A stretch of 64,000 bases of DNA from a virus (lineage: Duplodnaviria > Caudoviricetes), in the IMG/VR virus record IMGVR_UViG_3300021400_001698, positions 1-64,000 of that record, one strand, 5' to 3'. The position numbers were made by a program, and so were the translations under genes. Positions within the stretch are counted from its first letter, which is position 1, and each line of letters starts with the position of its first letter. The notes under the pieces were generated by a model, which was not told the DNA's origin, searched no databases, and saw nothing but the letters and a program-made list of their open reading frames with translations. Of the stretch, positions 15,610 to 24,623 are shown piece after piece.

Positions 15610-15734
15610 ATATATATTATAATCGAATTTTATAAAAAAGTCAAGATTTATTTTTCAAGTATATTGTATACATTACTTTTATACTTTACTACGCGAAAGC
15701 GCGGCCGGCCAAAGTGAACCGATTTCGGTTCACC

Positions 15735-16115
15735 TTACCAACCGAAGAACTTGGAAAATTCTTCATCGAGAAGTGGAGCAAGTCCAAACATAAACTTTTT
15801 TTGTCCATTCTCTGCAGTGTAACTGACAAGAAACTTCTTGTAGACACACCAATTTATTTCTTGCTCATACTCTGCCCCAAAGTGTTCTTTAAGTTCTGCG
15901 AGGGTGAAACTGTTGCCATAGGTGGGACAATAGTTTGCCCAATCGAGAATTTGATAACACTTGAAATGTGAGGGAGAAAGAGTCTTTTTTGCTACCCACA
16001 TTTTAAGTCTGCGCTCAAGTGGGTCTGTTAGTGTATACCAAAGTTGACAAAAGAAGTTGCGGATTGATTCGATTGTTGATTCGAAAAAAAATTCAAGATT
16101 GTCTATTACTGTCAT
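15735..16115 (-). CDS. hypothetical protein
   Basis: AAGGAG RBS, own promoter. Confidence 0.75.
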   Translation of the reverse strand: MTVIDNLEFFFESTIESIRNFFCQLWYTLTDPLERRLKMWVAKKTLSPSHFKCYQILDWANYCPTYGNSFTLAELKEHFGAEYEQEINWCVYKKFLVSYTAENGQKKFMFGLAPLLDEEFSKFFGW

Positions 16116-16255
16116 TGTATTATCTCCTTTCTTATTACACTATTAGTATACACCATTAAAATGAATTTGTCAACCCCAAATTAAAAAAAATTTTTACTTT
16201 AATACTTTAATTCATTGGAGTGCGGCCGGGCGAGATTGTGAAGTTAATCACAATC

Positions 16256-16456
16256 TCAACCATTCGTATCCCACCATTCTTCAAAATCAGGGTTCAATTC
16301 AACTTCTTCAATATCAAATTCATCATTCTGTAAATATTCTTCGCTGACTTCAAAAAGTTGAATACTTACTTTATTAGCAAACTCTATTGCCTTTTTTCGA
16401 GTGTCAAATAATGCTACACCGCCACCTAAATATTCTCTAAATAAATAATACTTCAT
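16256..16456 (-). CDS. hypothetical protein
   Basis: AAGGAG RBS, own promoter and terminator. Confidence 0.75.
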   Translation of the reverse strand: MKYYLFREYLGGGVALFDTRKKAIEFANKVSIQLFEVSEEYLQNDEFDIEEVELNPDFEEWWDTNG

Positions 16457-16598
16457 TTTTTATCTCCTTTCGTTTTCTGTATCTAAAGTATATCATATTA
16501 TAACCTATTTGTCAACCCCTAATTTAAAAGTTAAATAATTAACAATTACGCCCGGCCGCGCATAAATATACATCGCAATGTATAAACAAAGATGTGTC

Positions 16599-17243
16599 TT
16601 ACCACATCTTTGTTTCAAAGTTAGCACCACCTAACTCCCTACACTTCATTAAAATTTTGTATTCAATTTCACAATCTGCAAGTGCCGTGTGTTCCTCTGT
16701 GAAATTTTTATCAAAGAAATACTGTGCGACAATTTCTGCGGTGTATCTGTTTGCGTTTCTCTGTGTGAGATAGTTATTTACTTCACAAAATTTTCTGTAT
16801 TCACTTTCACACTTTAAAGTGTAACGAGAGAGAGCAAGTATATCGTGAAATTCTGTACCATAGGGGAAGAAATATCTATATTTAGATTTCGTTAAATATC
16901 TTTCGGTTGTTGCGGTTGAGATATAATCAAATCTGCAATTATATGCAAAAACTTTTGTTATCTCATTTTCTTTCATTATATGGCGAAGAGTCCATTTTAT
17001 ATTTTTAAAACTTGTAAGTGTCCTTTCGCCTTTCTTTATCTGTTCCCAATAGGTGGGAATTTTTTCTTTAAAATATGCGCTTTCCATTAACTCTTTATTA
17101 CAGAATACGTCTGCATTTACAAAAGAATGTTTTGAGTAAATATTGCCCTCAAAATCTGCAACGATAAAACCTATATCGTAACAAATAGGGTCATCAAGTG
17201 AATTTGTGGTTTCGGTATCTAATACTATAATTTTTTCTGTCAT
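16599..17243 (-). CDS. DEDDh 3'-5' exonuclease (DnaQ-like)
   Basis: LDTETT ExoI, YNCRFD ExoII, HTALAD ExoIII motifs. Confidence 0.88.
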   Translation of the reverse strand: MTEKIIVLDTETTNSLDDPICYDIGFIVADFEGNIYSKHSFVNADVFCNKELMESAYFKEKIPTYWEQIKKGERTLTSFKNIKWTLRHIMKENEITKVFAYNCRFDYISTATTERYLTKSKYRYFFPYGTEFHDILALSRYTLKCESEYRKFCEVNNYLTQRNANRYTAEIVAQYFFDKNFTEEHTALADCEIEYKILMKCRELGGANFETKMW

Positions 17244-17416
17244 CGTGTTTTGTCCTTTCGTTTTTCTGTAATTATATTATATCACATATATAGGAAAAGT
17301 CAAGCAAAATTTCGAAAAAATTTTTATACAATTTTAGGAATAATTATACGACGCGCCGGCCTTGTTTGTTAATTAACTAACAATTTTCCGAAATAAAAAA
17401 GTGAGTCATTTCTGAC

Positions 17417-17773
17417 TCACTCTCCCTTTTCTGCAATTTCCTTTTTCTTTCTGCGAATTTCCTCATCACGCTTGATTTTTTTTGCTTTCTTTTCGGCACT
17501 TGCCTTTGCCTTTTCTTCTTTCTCTTTCAGTTTCATTTCATATTCTTCTGCCATCGCATAACCATCGTAAGGAGTCATACCCTTATCTGCACCCGTTGGC
17601 ACCTTTACAGTAATTACGATAAAATCTTCGTTACCTTCACAACCCACAACGGGAAATGCAATCTCATTTGATTTGACCCTTAAAACTTCTTCAGTTTCGG
17701 CAAGTGTTTCGATTAACTTTGTTAAATAATTTTCTTTCAGTAATTCTCTTTCAACTTTTCTTGATACTCCCAT
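17417..17773 (-). CDS. hypothetical protein, paralogue of 12911-13273
   Basis: Long identical peptide stretches. Confidence 0.85.
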   Translation of the reverse strand: MGVSRKVERELLKENYLTKLIETLAETEEVLRVKSNEIAFPVVGCEGNEDFIVITVKVPTGADKGMTPYDGYAMAEEYEMKLKEKEEKAKASAEKKAKKIKRDEEIRRKKKEIAEKGE

Positions 17774-17995
17774 TCTGTGTATCTCCTTTCTTTATCTTAT
17801 ACCTTATTATAACATTTCAATCAATTTTTGTCAAGAGAAAATTCAAAACTTTTTTGGATTTTTAAATTTTCTTTTTTCATTTTCTATATATATTATAACA
17901 AAAATTTTAAAATTTGTCAAGTTTTAATTTGTAAGAATACTGTATACATTTCTTTAATTGTTTAACACTTTAATTCGCTAAAGTGCGCCCGGCCG

Positions 17996-18009
17996 CGAAC
18001 ATATGTTCG
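17996..18009. promoter_or_regulatory. Gram-positive SOS (LexA) box; one of nine copies at 13.6-25.0 kb
   Basis: CGAACATATGTTCG matches CGAAC-N4-GTTCG. Confidence 0.75.
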
Positions 18010-18039
18010 TATAAAAAAAGTTGTGAAATAAATCACAAC

Positions 18040-18210
18040 TTAATCTCCTATTATTTCGGGACTTAAATCCACCCAATCATTATAAATTTCAAGAATTTCA
18101 ACCTCATCTTTATCAAAAGTGCCACCACAACACCCACATATAATAGTATTATCGTCAGTCAGAATACCACCAAAAACTGCTTCAACATCTCTAAACTTAA
18201 TCTGCTTCAT
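18040..18210 (-). CDS. small zinc-binding protein (ICGCCGG)
   Basis: Start MKQIKF after AAGGAG. Confidence 0.7.
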   Translation of the reverse strand: MKQIKFRDVEAVFGGILTDDNTIICGCCGGTFDKDEVEILEIYNDWVDLSPEIIGD

Positions 18211-18226
18211 TTTTAAATCTCCTTTC

Positions 18227-18484
18227 TTATGAGTGAATGCCACCCAAAACCTTAATTAAAATTAAACCTGTTGTAATTCCTAACATACAGAAATCCTTTA
18301 CCTTATCTGCCATTGGTCTTTTTAATACAAAACATCTTACAACTGCAAGTACATTTGCACTAAAGTATATAAACTGTCCTACAAAAAAGTTACTACCAAC
18401 TGTACATTGTGCAGTAATTAACAAAGTCAAAACTAAATAGTTCGCAAGTTCAAAACCCTTTTCTATCTTTTCTCTAACTGTCAT
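18227..18484 (-). CDS. small membrane protein (3 TM)
   Basis: Hydrophobic segments; GAGGT RBS; own promoter. Confidence 0.75.
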   Translation of the reverse strand: MTVREKIEKGFELANYLVLTLLITAQCTVGSNFFVGQFIYFSANVLAVVRCFVLKRPMADKVKDFCMLGITTGLILIKVLGGIHS

Positions 18485-18676
18485 TCACTTTACCTCTCTT
18501 TCTTATCTCTTTGTACCTTAATTATACTCTATAAATCCTATCTTGTCAACCCCTTTTTTAAAAAAATATTTTAACTTTTACAATTTAGTGTGCGAAAGTG
18601 TGCCGGCCGCGGTCGTTTGTTAATTAACAAACAAAGTACCCTAAAAAGAAAAGGGTACTTGCGTACCCTTTATGCC

Positions 18677-19018
18677 CTATGCGAGAGTATATGCAACCCT
18701 CTTGCCAACCTTAGGCAACTTCACTTCGGAAGCCACTACCTTTCCTTCCTTTGCTAACTGTCCACAAAGGGAAGATGCCTTTGCGGTAGTGATACCAACC
18801 GCTTCACCTATCTCCTTTGCGATGTGAGTTTCTCCGTTGGCGAGGAACTCGAGGATAGAAGCCTTAATAGGCTCGTTGGCGAGTGCTACCTTTGAGGGTC
18901 TTGAAGCCCTATTAGCATTACGAGTGTCGAGCTTTGTGATTTCTTCCGTAGCCTTTGCTACTACCTCTTCGGTGATTTCTCCATTAACGATTGCGGTGTA
19001 GAATTCTCTGTAAGTCAT
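18677..19018 (-). CDS. winged-helix DNA-binding protein, paralogue 3
   Basis: MTYREFY; IAKEIGEAVGITTAKASSL HTH. Confidence 0.78.
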   Translation of the reverse strand: MTYREFYTAIVNGEITEEVVAKATEEITKLDTRNANRASRPSKVALANEPIKASILEFLANGETHIAKEIGEAVGITTAKASSLCGQLAKEGKVVASEVKLPKVGKRVAYTLA

Positions 19019-19399
19019 TTTAAGTTCCTTTCTTGCGTAGGTCGCAACCCTCTTTTACTTTTGGGAGTTTCTGTCTCCCTCTCTCATCTTACATTTAGAT
19101 TATAGCATATTTTTTTAGGTTTGTCAAGAGTTTTTTTAAACTTTTTTTAATTTTTTTCGTCTTTGGAAGTGGTCATTTCCATCTGCCAAAACCGAATTTT
19201 TATTTTCTTGACCTTTTGTAATTATATTATATATGAATTTTATTAATTTGTCAACTACTTTTTTCAATGTATATTGTATACATTACTTCAATGCTTTAAC
19301 GTGTGAAAGCGCGGGCCGGCCGAAGCGAACATATGTTCTTTTTAATCTAATAAAAAAATTGGCTTCTGTTCCCAAGTGCCAATTAACTCGGAGTCTTGC

Positions 19400-19618
19400 T
19401 CACCAGTGAGGGCGAACTCCCCAATAATCCTTGTGGAGGTCAGAGTAAATCTGCCAGTCCATAGGGTCATCGGTTTCCTCTGCAATCTTCAGAGCCTTCT
19501 GAAGGTTTTCCCAACATCTACGCTCTTCAGCGATTTCTTCGAAATCTGCGAGGATTCTGTTGCCAGTCTTTTCAGAGAGCCAACATTCGCACCCTGCGAT
19601 TATGTACTTGTAAAGCAC
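19400..19618 (-). CDS. hypothetical protein (GTG start)
   Basis: GGAGG RBS before GTG 19618; the ORF-track N-terminus overlaps the promoter. Confidence 0.65.
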   Translation of the reverse strand: MLYKYIIAGCECWLSEKTGNRILADFEEIAEERRCWENLQKALKIAEETDDPMDWQIYSDLHKDYWGVRPHW

Positions 19619-19835
19619 TAGGTAAGTCCTCCTTTCCTTGTTCTTTTGTACTTTTATTATAGCACCCTTTAGGTAGTTTGTCAACCCATTTTAAAAAATT
19701 TTTTTAACTTTTTTCTTTAACGCTTTAACGTACTAAAGTGCGGCCGGCTTACTTTAATACTTTAATTCGTTAAAGTCTACCCGGCCGCGATTGTTAAGTT
19801 ATTAACTTAACAAATTGAGTTCAATAAAAAAGGGA

Positions 19836-20282
19836 TTAATTTAATCCCTTTAATATCTCGATGATATTGTCAACATCATATGCAGTACCTATCCAATTTT
19901 CTCTGTTTGCGATTTCGTCATCGAATAAAATTCCATTCGGGAAATTTACCACCATTTCCTTCGGTGTGCCATATTCGGTGATGATAATTTCGTCAAACTT
20001 TACACTTGCAAGGTGAACGGTTAACCATTCCATTTTTGCATTTATAACCTTTGCGTTGTATTCGGTTGTACCATTCTTTGCTAACCACGATACAATGCCG
20101 ATTATATAACCATTTGCCTGAAGTCTGTTGAGAAGTCTTGCAAGTACATTTAACTTTACAAGAGGGGTTGCGTCTGTGTAAGGGCTTGCGTCCTCGTTCT
20201 GTAACTTTGTTAACCAATTATTTACACCGTAGAGGTTGGCGAGTGTGCCGTCCATATCGAAATATATTGCCTTGTTCATCAT
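19836..20282 (-). CDS. HAD-family phosphatase, 5'(3')-deoxyribonucleotidase-like, paralogue 1
   Basis: YFDMDGT motif I, LFDD motif IV. Confidence 0.82.
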   Translation of the reverse strand: MMNKAIYFDMDGTLANLYGVNNWLTKLQNEDASPYTDATPLVKLNVLARLLNRLQANGYIIGIVSWLAKNGTTEYNAKVINAKMEWLTVHLASVKFDEIIITEYGTPKEMVVNFPNGILFDDEIANRENWIGTAYDVDNIIEILKGLN

Positions 20283-20442
20283 TTTATTTACCTCTCTTTC
20301 TCTATATATAATATAGCATACTTTAAGAAATTTGTCAACCCCTGGGAAAAATTTTTTTCTATTGTATATCGGTATTAGACGATTTGGGTGGCCGGCCGCG
20401 AACATATGTTCATATAAAAAAATGTGCATAATCGCACATTTT

Positions 20443-20991
20443 TTACCAATCCTTTAAACATTCTTTTACGTGTTTGTCAAGTAAATATTCTGTGTAAAAT
20501 CTGTTTACTTGTGGTTCTGTAGTAATGGTTGCGTTCCAAAACTTAACTTGAATATGTTCCCCATTTACTACCACATCTCCGCACTCTGTACACTTTGCGG
20601 ACTTGTTTTCGTTCTGTGTTCCGTTGGTGTACTGTGCAAACATATCTTCGAAAAGGTTTCCACGGTTTCCCTTGTATCCATTTTCTCTCTGTTCTGTATA
20701 GAGTCTTTCAAACTCTTTTACTGAACACATCGGAATTATTTCCCTTGCGTATTCCTTAAGGATTGCAAATACTTCCATTTTGTTGTTCATTCTTACTCCC
20801 CAAACTGAACCGTGGCTTGCAGAATTTCTTTCGCAATAGGTTACAAGAGGAAGAACCTCATCGGCATTTTCTACGATAACGGCCTTGACCATTTTCTCGT
20901 CACGGATTGCAAATGCATATGTATTGGTATATTCAACTTTTGCCAGTCTTTCAAGAATTGTCATTTTTATTTCTTCGTTTGAGTTTCTCAT
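20443..20991 (-). CDS. PD-(D/E)XK-like protein, paralogue of 24144-24623
   Basis: NRGNLFE...GDVVVNGEHIQVKFWNATITTE. Confidence 0.6.
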   Translation of the reverse strand: MRNSNEEIKMTILERLAKVEYTNTYAFAIRDEKMVKAVIVENADEVLPLVTYCERNSASHGSVWGVRMNNKMEVFAILKEYAREIIPMCSVKEFERLYTEQRENGYKGNRGNLFEDMFAQYTNGTQNENKSAKCTECGDVVVNGEHIQVKFWNATITTEPQVNRFYTEYLLDKHVKECLKDW

Positions 20992-21259
20992 TTTTGTGTT
21001 CCTTTCTTTTTCTTTCCCTTCTGTGATTATATAATAACATATAACTGGCAAAATGTCAACCCCTAAATGAAAAAAGTTTAAAAAATTTTTTGGCACACTT
21101 CTTGCAAGGGGTGGCGGCCGGCCGAAACTTTAACGCTTTAGTGCGCGAAAGCGTCGATTGCACCCTCGGTGTTTGCGTCCTTGGTGTCCACTCCACTTCC
21201 CTTTCTCTATATATATAATAACATAGAAAAAGGACTTTGTCAAGTCCTTTTTTAAAAAT

Positions 21260-21475
21260 TTAGTGATGTAAAATTACTTCATATGAACACGTATTCGGTT
21301 CATTCAAATATACTTCTTCGAAACAACAAGGACAAAAGCACCCACGACTAATAAATTTACCATATGTTTTAAACATTTCTTCTTCTTCTGCGATAAAAAC
21401 ACATTCACACTTTTTACACATAATTCTATAAGAAGTTTTGACACTTAAATCTCTACCCATTGTAATTATCTTCAT
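21260..21475 (-). CDS. small zinc-ribbon protein
   Basis: CKKC...CPCC; AAGGAG RBS. Confidence 0.75.
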   Translation of the reverse strand: MKIITMGRDLSVKTSYRIMCKKCECVFIAEEEEMFKTYGKFISRGCFCPCCFEEVYLNEPNTCSYEVILHH

Positions 21476-21493
21476 TTTTTTTATCTCCTTTCT

Positions 21494-21655
21494 TTATGTA
21501 AATATCATTATTATTACTGATAATATTATGTAACAAATACTTATTATTATTCGTATAATGTAAGATATATTGATTTCTTGATATATACTTAATGTTACAT
21601 ACCACCAAGACAATATTGCTATACCTAAAATTGCCATTATTGATAAAATTATCAT
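21494..21655 (-). CDS. small membrane protein (53 aa)
   Basis: Start MIILS after GAGGT; the longer ORF-track version runs through promoter and repeats. Confidence 0.65.
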   Translation of the reverse strand: MIILSIMAILGIAILSWWYVTLSIYQEINISYIIRIIISICYIILSVIIMIFT

Positions 21656-21881
21656 TTTATTTACCTCTCTTTCTTTATCTATAATATACCATATATGAAG
21701 AGGAAAGTCAACCCCTAAATTAAAATTTTTTCGTACAAGTGCGCGCGGTCGTCCGTGTCCGTGCAATGACTCTGTTAAATCCTTAACAAGGACGGCCGGC
21801 CGCGAACATATGTTCGTTTTGTAATTAGAAAAAAGGCACAAGCAAGACTTGTGCCAATTTTCAAAGAAAAGGAGGTAAACA

Positions 21882-22031
21882 CTATAAAAACAATTTAAAG
21901 AGATTCCAATTTGATAAAACCGTTTCACTTTCAAAGTCTAAATTCTGTGAAGTGATTTCAATATAGGAAACTATGCCCCAAAGAATAAGTAATACCGATA
22001 TAACTATTATAATATTTCTAAAAATCTTCAT
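21882..22031 (-). CDS. small membrane protein (49 aa, MKIFRNIII...)
   Basis: AAAGGA RBS; hydrophobic N-terminal helix. Confidence 0.6.
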   Translation of the reverse strand: MKIFRNIIIVISVLLILWGIVSYIEITSQNLDFESETVLSNWNLFKLFL

Positions 22032-22063
22032 TTTCTTAATTCCTTTCTTTATCTCTTCTGTGA

Positions 22064-22255
22064 TTATATAATACCATACTTTTTAAAGTCTGTCAAGTCT
22101 TTTTCAAACTTTTGTTCAACTTTTTTTCTATTATATAACCGATTTCCTTCACAATAAGGACAAGACCCGTGATTTCTGCAAGTGTAATCAATTGCCTTTG
22201 ACCCGTAAAATGGTTTTCTATGTTCTTTTCCATTCTTAATCGCTTTATCTAACAT
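22064..22255 (-). CDS. small Cys/His phage protein (CRNHGSCPYC)
   Basis: Start MLDKAI after AAGGAG; own promoter. Confidence 0.72.
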   Translation of the reverse strand: MLDKAIKNGKEHRKPFYGSKAIDYTCRNHGSCPYCEGNRLYNRKKVEQKFEKDLTDFKKYGII

Positions 22256-22383
22256 TTTTCTTATCTCCTTTTCTATATATATTATACTATAACCAAAACG
22301 GGAAGTCAAGTGTTAATTTTTTAACAAGGGGTCGGCCGGCTGTGAATTTTTATACATTTCTATGTATATTTAAAAGGCACTTC

Positions 22384-22824
22384 TTAAAGTGCCTTTAAAA
22401 CTGTAAGGATTTCGGTTTCGTCAAAAGCCTTGCCTATCCAATTTTCTCTATTCTGAATTTCATCATCGAATAAAATTCCGTTTGGGAAGTTCACAACTTC
22501 TTCTTTTGGTGTTCCGTAAGGAACGATATTTATTTCATCGAATTTCACGCTTGCAAGGTGGGAATTTAACCAATTTGTCTTTGCCTTTGCAACTTCTATA
22601 TCATAATTTTCGGAAGAATTTTTTGCTAACCAACTAACAATGCCGATGACCCAACCCTTTTTCTGTAAATTATTGAGAAGTCTTGCAAGTACATTCAGTT
22701 TAAGGAGAGGAAGTGCCTCGATGTATAAACTTGCATCTTCATTTATAATTTTTTCTAACCAATTTTCAACTCCATAAAGGTTTGCGATTGTTCCGTCCAT
22801 ATCGAAGTAAATTGCCTTTGTCAT
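22384..22824 (-). CDS. HAD-family phosphatase, 5'(3')-deoxyribonucleotidase-like, paralogue 2
   Basis: YFDMDGT and LFDD; highly similar to 19836-20282. Confidence 0.82.
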   Translation of the reverse strand: MTKAIYFDMDGTIANLYGVENWLEKIINEDASLYIEALPLLKLNVLARLLNNLQKKGWVIGIVSWLAKNSSENYDIEVAKAKTNWLNSHLASVKFDEINIVPYGTPKEEVVNFPNGILFDDEIQNRENWIGKAFDETEILTVLKAL

Positions 22825-23117
22825 TTTATTTTCTCCTTTTCTCTTTTTCTATAATTATTATATACTTATTTTGAAAATTTGTCAATGGTTTTAGGAAAAT
22901 TTTTTATACAATTTTTTGAATAAAAATTGAAGAGGAAAACTTTTACGAAATAAACTTCAGAACTTTAATGTGTGAAAGCGCGGGCCGGCCAAAATTTTAA
23001 GACTTTAATTTACTAAACTTTAGAACTTTAACGCGTGAAATTACGGCCGGCCGCACCTATAAGTTTGTTAATTAACAAACAAGTTGATCGAGTCAAAAGA
23101 AAAACACCTTTCGGTGT

Positions 23118-23402
23118 TTAATCTTCTTTATGGAAGTAATCGCGTGTAATCCTTTCGAAAACTTCATCTGCGGTCATCCAACCCTTGACGTCATCGACCT
23201 CTTTTTCTTCTTCTGTAAGAAGTCCCTTTATCTCAAGGAGTCCGTCCTGATGTCCGTATGATACGTCATTGCAAATGACTGAACAAATGCAATTGTCGTG
23301 ATTGGGATATTCAAGATGTAAACCGCCAAGATGTTCTGTCATCTCGTAAGGAACGAGAACGCAAGCAAGCATGTATCCGAGTTTATTCATTTCTGTAAAC
23401 AT
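23118..23402 (-). CDS. hypothetical protein
   Basis: GAGGT RBS; SYGHQDGLLEI motif. Confidence 0.75.
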   Translation of the reverse strand: MFTEMNKLGYMLACVLVPYEMTEHLGGLHLEYPNHDNCICSVICNDVSYGHQDGLLEIKGLLTEEEKEVDDVKGWMTADEVFERITRDYFHKED

Positions 23403-23470
23403 TGTGTGTACCTCTCTTTCATTTACTATAGTAATTATACTCCTATATAATTACTTTGTCAATACCCTTT

Positions 23471-23641
23471 TTATTCTTCTTCTTCTCCATATCCAACACC
23501 GAGAAGTATATCATACATCATCTGCTTTAACTCTCTATCCGTCATCGTCATATCCTCTGCGTAACGACCGATTAAAAGAGTATATCTGTCCTCAAACCCT
23601 CTTACATATGCAACCTTTAAAACCATATCTGTTCTTGTCAT
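23471..23641 (-). CDS. hypothetical protein (56 aa)
   Basis: GGAGG RBS, own promoter. Confidence 0.7.
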   Translation of the reverse strand: MTRTDMVLKVAYVRGFEDRYTLLIGRYAEDMTMTDRELKQMMYDILLGVGYGEEEE

Positions 23642-23862
23642 TTCTGTGTTCCTCCTTTGTCTTTATCTATATAAAGTATAACGCATATTACTCAATTTGT
23701 CAAGTAGGAAATTAAAAGTTAAATTATTAACAATCGCGGTCGGCCGAATATATTGACTTTAGTATATTAAAGTTTAGAACTTCAACGCATTAAAGCATGG
23801 CCGGCCGCGACGTGTGGAACATATGTTCGTTTTGCTTATAAAAGAAAAGGACTCTTTGAGTC

Positions 23863-24042
23863 CTATATAAGTTTTTCTTCTTTTATTCTTTTATCTCCAA
23901 GGCTTGTTATTTCCTCGACTGTTAATCCCGCCGCATAACAACGACACATCCAATCAGACATCTTTATTTCTTCATCTCTACCAAGAGTCCAATCAATATA
24001 CATTTCAATAATTTCTTCTTTGATATTTTTAAGGGCTGTCAT
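23863..24042 (-). CDS. hypothetical protein (59 aa)
   Basis: GAGGT RBS, own promoter and terminator. Confidence 0.7.
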   Translation of the reverse strand: MTALKNIKEEIIEMYIDWTLGRDEEIKMSDWMCRCYAAGLTVEEITSLGDKRIKEEKLI

Positions 24043-24143
24043 TTTCTTTACCTCTTTTCTTTTCTTATCTTAGCTTCTATCTTATTATAACATATAGCTC
24101 GTAGCTTGTCAACTACTTTCTTAACCCTACCGAGGGAAGAGGC

Positions 24144-24623
24144 TTACGCCTCTCCCATCAGCTTGTACATCTGACTCTCGGTCATGTATGTGGCTCCTTC
24201 AAACTTGAGCTGATAGCCGATACCGTCAACCTCAAGGTCGGGGCCTTCCCAGAACGGCAGATTATCCTTTTCCCAGGTCTGACCGTTTAACTCTGTTACG
24301 AACTTCTCGAATACTTCACCACGATTATAAATACAAGTGGCTACTGTTTCATCAAAGAACTCAACGGAGCAGATAGCCTGTGAATCTTTTAACAGGCTCA
24401 TCTTTTGTGCTACGGTCGGCTTAAATCTCAGGCTGTAGCCCTTGCCACGGCTGGCTTTATCTAACTTCATAAACTGAGCTATATCGTCCGAGCCGATAAC
24501 GACAGCATACACAACGCCTTTGAATGTAAAGCCTAAAATGTAGTTGTGGCAGGCATTTCTTGTTTGATAAATCTTTGACATTGTCTTAAGTAAATCTGCG
24601 TTCATAGTGTACCTCACTTTCAT
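24144..24623 (-). CDS. PD-(D/E)XK-like protein, paralogue of 20443-20991
   Basis: NRGEVFE...PDLEVDGIGYQLKFEGATYMTE. Confidence 0.6.
   Translation of the reverse strand: MKVRYTMNADLLKTMSKIYQTRNACHNYILGFTFKGVVYAVVIGSDDIAQFMKLDKASRGKGYSLRFKPTVAQKMSLLKDSQAICSVEFFDETVATCIYNRGEVFEKFVTELNGQTWEKDNLPFWEGPDLEVDGIGYQLKFEGATYMTESQMYKLMGEA

Noticed and set aside
21150-21200. c-di-GMP-I riboswitch-like GGACGCAAA
   Set aside because: Only this short motif matches; the GNRA hairpin and the rest of the aptamer are missing
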